A stretch of 63,757 bases of DNA, filler included, from Neophaeotheca triangularis (Eukaryota), in the NCBI GenBank assembly GCA_054600435.1. It is 5 parts of 5 records of this genome, joined end to end, with 100 filler letters (N's around TTAATTAATTAA, not from the genome) between each part and the next. Parts side by side here need not be neighbours in the genome. Positions count along the whole stretch, not along the records: positions 56,400 to 61,903 come from BAAIJX010000129.1; positions 62,004 to 63,757 come from BAAIJX010000134.1; 3 more parts are not named here. One strand, given 5' to 3'. This document shows positions 57,961-63,757 of this stretch, piece after piece. Numbering within the stretch: position 1 is the first letter of the stretch; each line of letters starts with the position of its first letter. Both the position numbers and the translations under genes were made by a program. Under the pieces are notes generated by a model. The model was not told where the DNA came from and did not search any database. It was given only the letters and a program-made list of their open reading frames with translations.

Positions 57961-59916
57961 TCATGCCACCAGACTCCCCTTCCGACCACCATTGACACCG
58001 TACCTAAGGAACAGCTCATCGACGAAGTAGACATGTTTAATCCCCGGCGGCCTCTTGGCAGCAAACTCATCAATCGCATCTTGTAAATCCCAACCCAAGC
58101 GCTCGACGAGATAGCAGATGATGAACATGCCCGTGCGGTTGAAACCGTAATGACAATGGACGGCAACTGTGGGACCGTAGCCGGTGGGACTTACGCCGTG
58201 AATTGTCCGGATTCCGTCGACCAGGGCATCGAAAGCTCGAACTTCTTCTGTTGTAGGTGGGACCTTGGATACAGTTGGAAGTTTACGATACTCGATCCCA
58301 CCAGGTGCCAGCTCCTCGGGCCTGTAGACGGGGTTTTCATGGCTGATGTCGATGATCGTGACAACAGGTCTTTGAACGCCCGAGCGCGGCCCAAAATTCT
58401 CGGCGAAGGTCCTCGGCGAGTGCGTGGCATCGTCGTTGCGCATTGTTTTCATACCGCGGAAGACACCGCCTATGGGCTCCGAGCAGGGGTCAATTTTGAA
58501 CCATTTGGTGTAGTTTTTGACGTCCCATTTGCCGCTTGTGGAGAGGTGTTGGAGTTGCCAGGCGGGGGAGAGGTGAGGGGACACGTTTTCTGAAAGGAAG
58601 TGTTGGATGAGGCCGGAGACTATGTGGACGGTCGAAGGGGTGTAAATGAGGCCGTGAGAGGCTGGAGAGGGGACGACGGTGAGCTGGACTGTGGCAGCCC
58701 AACTTGTCGGACCATGTGACGAGGGTACCTCCTCATCTTTGGCTTGGCCGCCTGGTGTGTTCGCTTCGCTGGCATATATTAGCCTTTCATTGGTCCAGGT
58801 TGGCATCTTTGATCCACTTTGCTTCCTGTATTTATTCCCAGGGGGGCGTTCAATTTCGTCTATACTCTCCAACTCTTCCTTCAAGGTCTTGGAAAAGGTT
58901 TCCGTTTGCCGTTGAACTTTGGAACCCCGGTACTGCGTTAGCCACCGAGCAATTACTTGGGCCTCGCGAGGAAGCGTGACACGATCTGCTCCTGCAGTAA
59001 TGAGATAGAGCGGGACGTTGATTCCTTCCCAAATATTTCGGGCAGGAAAGCCAGCTGGAGGATAGCGAGCTTTATCGGCTTGCGCCCAAGAGGAAAGCAT
59101 CGCCAGGAGCGTTTCGGATCTCGATTGCTCATTGTAACGAACCTGCATCTTCTTCGTCTCGTCGTCCACGCTCTCACCGACGAACCGCAAGACGTTCTTG
59201 GCGTTGATGCCACCAATGCGGTCTAATACTCGTAGGCAGTCGAAGAGCCATGGAGGCATGTAACGAAGCCATGCGAGCGATGATAGCTCCTTGCTAGTGA
59301 GTTCATGTGCTCTTGGGCACATTGCAACAAACCCTGCGATCTCGAAGGACATGTGTTTCTTCATCGGCGAGTGGGATGAGACGAGTAGCGCAGAGATGGA
59401 GCAGCCGAGACTGTGTCCGACAAGTATCACTTTCTGCGAGCTGGCTCGGTCTTGAAAACGGTCGATAGCTGCCGCCAGCAGCTCAGCTAGACTGCCCGTG
59501 GAAAATGCGCTTGTCGGCATCTTAGCATCAATTGCTGAACGACCACATCCAGGCAGATCGATGGAGAGACAGGGCGCAATGCAAACCAGCGAGTTCAGCA
59601 GCGAGGCGAACTGCGCTGTGCTTCCTCCGAGACCATGAAGACATACCAGCAAAGGTAGATGTGGGAGTTTATCGGCTTTGCTGTGAGGATGGTAGAACGT
59701 TCTAACGTTCTTGTAAACATGTCCAGACGGAGTCTTGTAGCTCTCGAATGACGAATGCTTCCTCAGGAGACTGGGTTCATATGTTTCGGCGGACTGTCTC
59801 GCTCGTTCTTTTGCCGCTCGACGAATGCCGATCGCGACGACTGCAAGTATAGCGACCAGTGTGAGCGTGAGTTGTGTCCCCTTTGAGATGACAAGACTCT
59901 GGAGAAACCGGCACAT
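57961..59916 (-). CDS. Alpha/beta-hydrolase fused to a C-terminal cysteine phosphatase (DUSP11/RNA-triphosphatase-like); 5' end uncertain
   Basis: LHGLGGS, DLPGCGRS and GHSLG in the N-terminal part; VHCHYGFNRTG...FAAKRPPGI at the C-terminus. Confidence 0.88.
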   Translation of the reverse strand: MCRFLQSLVISKGTQLTLTLVAILAVVAIGIRRAAKERARQSAETYEPSLLRKHSSFESYKTPSGHVYKNVRTFYHPHSKADKLPHLPLLVCLHGLGGSTAQFASLLNSLVCIAPCLSIDLPGCGRSAIDAKMPTSAFSTGSLAELLAAAIDRFQDRASSQKVILVGHSLGCSISALLVSSHSPMKKHMSFEIAGFVAMCPRAHELTSKELSSLAWLRYMPPWLFDCLRVLDRIGGINAKNVLRFVGESVDDETKKMQVRYNEQSRSETLLAMLSSWAQADKARYPPAGFPARNIWEGINVPLYLITAGADRVTLPREAQVIARWLTQYRGSKVQRQTETFSKTLKEELESIDEIERPPGNKYRKQSGSKMPTWTNERLIYASEANTPGGQAKDEEVPSSHGPTSWAATVQLTVVPSPASHGLIYTPSTVHIVSGLIQHFLSENVSPHLSPAWQLQHLSTSGKWDVKNYTKWFKIDPCSEPIGGVFRGMKTMRNDDATHSPRTFAENFGPRSGVQRPVVTIIDISHENPVYRPEELAPGGIEYRKLPTVSKVPPTTEEVRAFDALVDGIRTIHGVSPTGYGPTVAVHCHYGFNRTGMFIICYLVERLGWDLQDAIDEFAAKRPPGIKHVYFVDELFLRYGVNGGRKGSLVA

Positions 59917-60604
59917 AGTTCCAAATGCAGCCGCTTCTGGGGAATCCGGAAAACTCTGAAATGGAGCCAGGTGTGAGCGCAGACACTCTCTTACCAGGAG
60001 ACAGAGGAAATTGGTGGTTTAGGAGGCATTACCTTTGCCAGGTCTACCTTCAGACGTTTGCTTGAGCAAAACAAACTTCGTAGAGCAACGATAGGGACAG
60101 TCTGCAACGACTTGTTTCGAAGCCTATTACTGAATTTCTACAGCGAACAGATCAAGCCGTCGTCTGGTATGTTCGTAGTCATGAAGATACTGCAGCCGCT
60201 AGTAGGACGAGAGGAAGCGACTTCTGGTGCGAGCAGTCTCGTTGGTGATAACAAGGTCGGATACGGAAGCACGCCGCCAACAAAATCGACGACTGCAACA
60301 ACAGATTTGTTTATTGACATATCCATTGCGCAAAAGGCAGGCAAGGAACCGAGTCAAGATGGAAGGCGGTGTGGTGTACCTACACTCCAAGTGAAGTGCT
60401 TCGAGCTTGGCAATCACGGAGCCGGAGATATGTTTCGCCTAGCGTCGGCATCTCCCGCAGCCCACTCCGACCGCAGCGCAAGCAAAAGTTCGACTTCAAG
60501 CGCGAGCGCAGCAGAAACCTGCTTCGAACACCCGCGACGACTTTACTCCCCCCAAAAGACAGACACCCCTCCCCGGACCTCGTCGATCAACCAATACCGC
60601 CAAA

Positions 60605-61283
60605 ATGCCCGGTGTCTCCGTCAAAGATGTCCCCGCGGACAAGTTCATCAACTCCTACGCCGCCTTCTTGAAGCGTCAGGGAAAGCTGCCCATTCCCGGT
60701 TAGTAGGCACCGCACGCAGACATGCGAAAAAGAGAAGGAAAACTTGCGCGCACAAAGCACGGGAGGATGGACACACTGTATACTGTTCAGAGATGCCTGA
60801 ATCCCGTGCGGAACGGGGGACAACTCGTCAGCACAAGCGCAAGCACATGCTGACAAGATTGTCTACAGGTTGGACCGACACCGTCAAGACGAGCCACGCC
60901 AAGGAGCTCCCCCCTCAGAGCATCGACTGGTGAGTATCCTCAAGTCTGATTCTGACCGAATCACCGATCTCTAACCCTTCAAAAGGTACTACGTCCGCTC
61001 CGCCGCCATCGCCCGTCACGTCTACATGCGTAAGACCGTCGGTGTCGGCCGTCTGCGCAAGGTCCACGGCTCCCAGAAGAACCGCGGCATGCGCCCCTCT
61101 CACCACGTCGACGCCTCTGGCTCCGTGGACCGCAAGTGCATGCAATCGCTCGAGAAGATTGGTGTCCTCGAGACCGACGAGGAGAAGGGTGGCCGCCGCA
61201 TCACCCAGTCCGGCCAGCGTGACTTGGACCGTATCGCTCAGACCACCATGGAGGCTGAGGAGGAGGACGAGGATGACGAGTAG
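60605..61283 (+). CDS. RPS19: 40S ribosomal protein S19 (eS19; 3 exons)
   Basis: Exons 60605-60698, 60869-60929 and 60986-61283: MPGVSVKDV...FLKRQGKL...KELPPQSIDWYYVR...GQRDLDRIA. Confidence 0.98.
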
Positions 61284-61810
61284 ATTCTTTCGAGGATGAG
61301 ATGATCTTTTCAAGCATGGCATGGCGTTTTGGGGGAGGCATACCCACGGTCTGAGCTAGGTAGTGCACCAGCGAAGACATACCGAGGCTAGTATTTGTTC
61401 AATTACCCAAAAGTCACCAATGCCATGCCATCTTTCATCTGCTTGATATCTTCGCTGACGTTTGAAGTGCTTCTGTATACAACATTGGCTTCGTGTGTCG
61501 CGCCGTGCTTATATCAACCAGGCAAGCCTATGAGTTGGTAATGTCGTAGTTCCCCTTCTCGCAGCAGCTTAACAAGCGACCCAAACACTATATTCAGACC
61601 GTCGCGCAAAGCCCCCAATAAGTGGTCCAACGGCTCGACGGTGAAGGCGTCTTCAATCACGTCAAACTCCCCAATGAATTCCGACACTAGTTTTGAGAAG
61701 GTAGTTGCAGTACGCGTATAAACCGGACGAAGGCAAGCGGTTCGGATACCACCTCTGTTAATGCGTTCTTGAGTACAAACGTGGAAAAAGAATCAGAACC
61801 CAGGGGGGGG

Positions 61811-61858
<48 letters not shown>

Positions 61859-61903
61859 CGGGGGGGGGGGGGGGGGGGGGGGGGGCGGGGGGCGGGGGGG
61901 GGC

Positions 61904-62003
61904 NNNNNNNNNNNNNNNNNNNNNNNNNNNNNNNNNNNNNNNNNNNNTTAATTAATTAANNNNNNNNNNNNNNNNNNNNNNNNNNNNNNNNNNNNNNNNN
62001 NNN
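61904..62003. other. Artificial scaffold spacer
   Basis: N44-TTAATTAATTAA-N44. Confidence 0.99.
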
Positions 62004-63757
62004 GTGTCGAGATAGTCGACCTCGCTCGACTACTTAATGGGCGAGATAGCGAGTAGAAATCGACTATCTCGATAGTAAGATAGTCGAGACATATAAATCT
62101 CCTTTATATTTAGGTAGCGACATTTCCTAGATAGAGATTTGTGTTTAACTTATATTACAATCTTACTAAAAGGTCTATAGTAACACTTTATGTATCTTTA
62201 AAATCCTTATAATAAAGGAAATACCCTTACTAGCCTTCTACAATATCTCTCCTCTTCTACTACGAGCTCTACCTATAAGACTACCTTATAGGATTATAAC
62301 ACTTTAAACACTCTCTAGGAAAGAGAGATTAATAGGTAAGTATATCCCTATCTAATAACCGAGATGCTAGTATAGTAAGCACTTAGTATACTTTACCCTC
62401 ATCGCTAATTAAGGTTATGAAACCGGATTACTTTTCTAGAGAACGTAATAAGCTCGACGACTAGATCAACTAGATAATGTTATTCTTTATCCTCGAAGGA
62501 GTTAATAATGATTAGAAATATACTCTAACTACTACTTCTTTCCTTTATAGAGAAGCCTAACACTAGATTCGCCCTAAGCTTATAGAAATACTATTAAATT
62601 ATAATGACCTAGAAGCGATCTTTACTACTTAGGAAGGGTTCATTACTATTATTCGAAACATCTATAGACTTAGTAACGATCGACAAGTCGCTATTCGAAT
62701 AATCTAACATCTTATATAGAAGACCTTAGCCTCTTAGTATACTACTAAGTTTTAGGAGTACTTAGCTAAGACTAACTAGGATGATAATACTCTTATAACT
62801 ATATACTACTAAGGACTTAAGGACAATGTGAAGGACGAACTTATACGCTATAGAGGCGATTAGTTAACTCTCCCTAGAATGATCAAATTAGCGATTGAAG
62901 TTAATGACGTACTCTATAAACGGTTTATAGAAAAACGCTACACTAGACAATTTCGTAGATGAACTAGCTATACTACTAGTAGCCGGCCTATTAGTTAGTA
63001 ATGTCGCAATCCTAATATAATAGAACTCGACTCTATATAATAGTATCCTAGGAAGGGTAAGGATAGAGGATAGGGTAAATAGAACGCCCTAGGTAAGAAA
63101 CGGAATAGACCGGAATACTATAACTACTATAAGATAGGGCACTATGTATAAGACTACTATAGGAAATAGATGCGCCCATAATAGGAGGTTAATACGATTT
63201 TGACCTAATAGGATAACGACTCTCCTACTAATAAGAGCTATAGAGCTTATGATATTACTAGAACCTACGAAGAACTAGAGCATGACGAACTTCACTAGAG
63301 GTTTTATAAGAGGGATTACTATTTAGTACATAAAAGTTAGGGACTAGTAACTAATAGAATACCTATTAGATCTTAGAAGGAAGTGAACGTTATCGAACGA
63401 GTTACCCTAAAGTCCGGAATAGATATGCTAATCGAGTAATACTAGAAGCTTAGAGAGTTTTATAATGACTTAGTTAGTTATAAGGAGTAGACTAAAGAAT
63501 ACTTTAACCTTATGATCTAAGTAGCTAATTAGATAGTAGATCTTAATGATAGGATTAACGCTATAATAAACGAAGAATCTAAGTAACTATATAAGTCTTA
63601 GAAGGAACTCAACATAATGTTAAGACGCTAACCACTATAGTAGTTAAGGGACGATAGTAATGTAGTCTAAGGAAAGTCCCTATCTCTATTTGTATAAGAG
63701 GACGACAAACTATAAGAAAACCAAGCACTATTACTAATAATAGCACTACTAACACCT
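62004..63757 (+). mobile_element. RIP-degenerated Ty3/gypsy LTR retrotransposon (gag region)
   Basis: Abrupt AT- and TpA-rich composition; stop-riddled Gag frame KPDYFSRER...YTTKF*E...IYY*GLKDNVKDEL...AIEVND; remnant zinc knuckle at 63116-63157. Confidence 0.9.

Overview
Gene-dense genomic DNA from a filamentous ascomycete (Pezizomycotina; short GT-AG introns with CTRAC branch points, active RIP). It is a scaffold of five contigs joined by four artificial 100-nt spacers (44 N + TTAATTAATTAA + 44 N), so neighbourhoods across these joins are not reliable. Recognisable genes: Myb/Reb1-like protein, RAD54, TauD-family dioxygenase, CinA/PncC-domain protein, COQ9, ARMH3/DUF1741, SDH8, HAUS4-like augmin subunit, mannose-6-phosphate isomerase, TSR1, RVB1, ISA1, FTS/AKTIP-like UBC variant, MFS transporter, amidohydrolase, SWIB/BAF60 subunit, an alpha/beta-hydrolase-phosphatase fusion and RPS19. 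Also present are several orphan genes, a disrupted GNAT acetyltransferase, a RIP-mutated sugar-transporter fragment and a RIP-destroyed Ty3/gypsy gag. The most unusual parts are an orphan island at 22.4-27.2 kb (a promoter repeat array, an H1-tail-like protein and a divergent pair of unrecognised paralogues), a CinA protein with possible dual targeting and altered catalytic residues, the hydrolase/RNA-triphosphatase-like fusion, and a recurrent C-rich to G-rich switch at gene 3' ends. All calls were made by eye from motifs; no database search was run.
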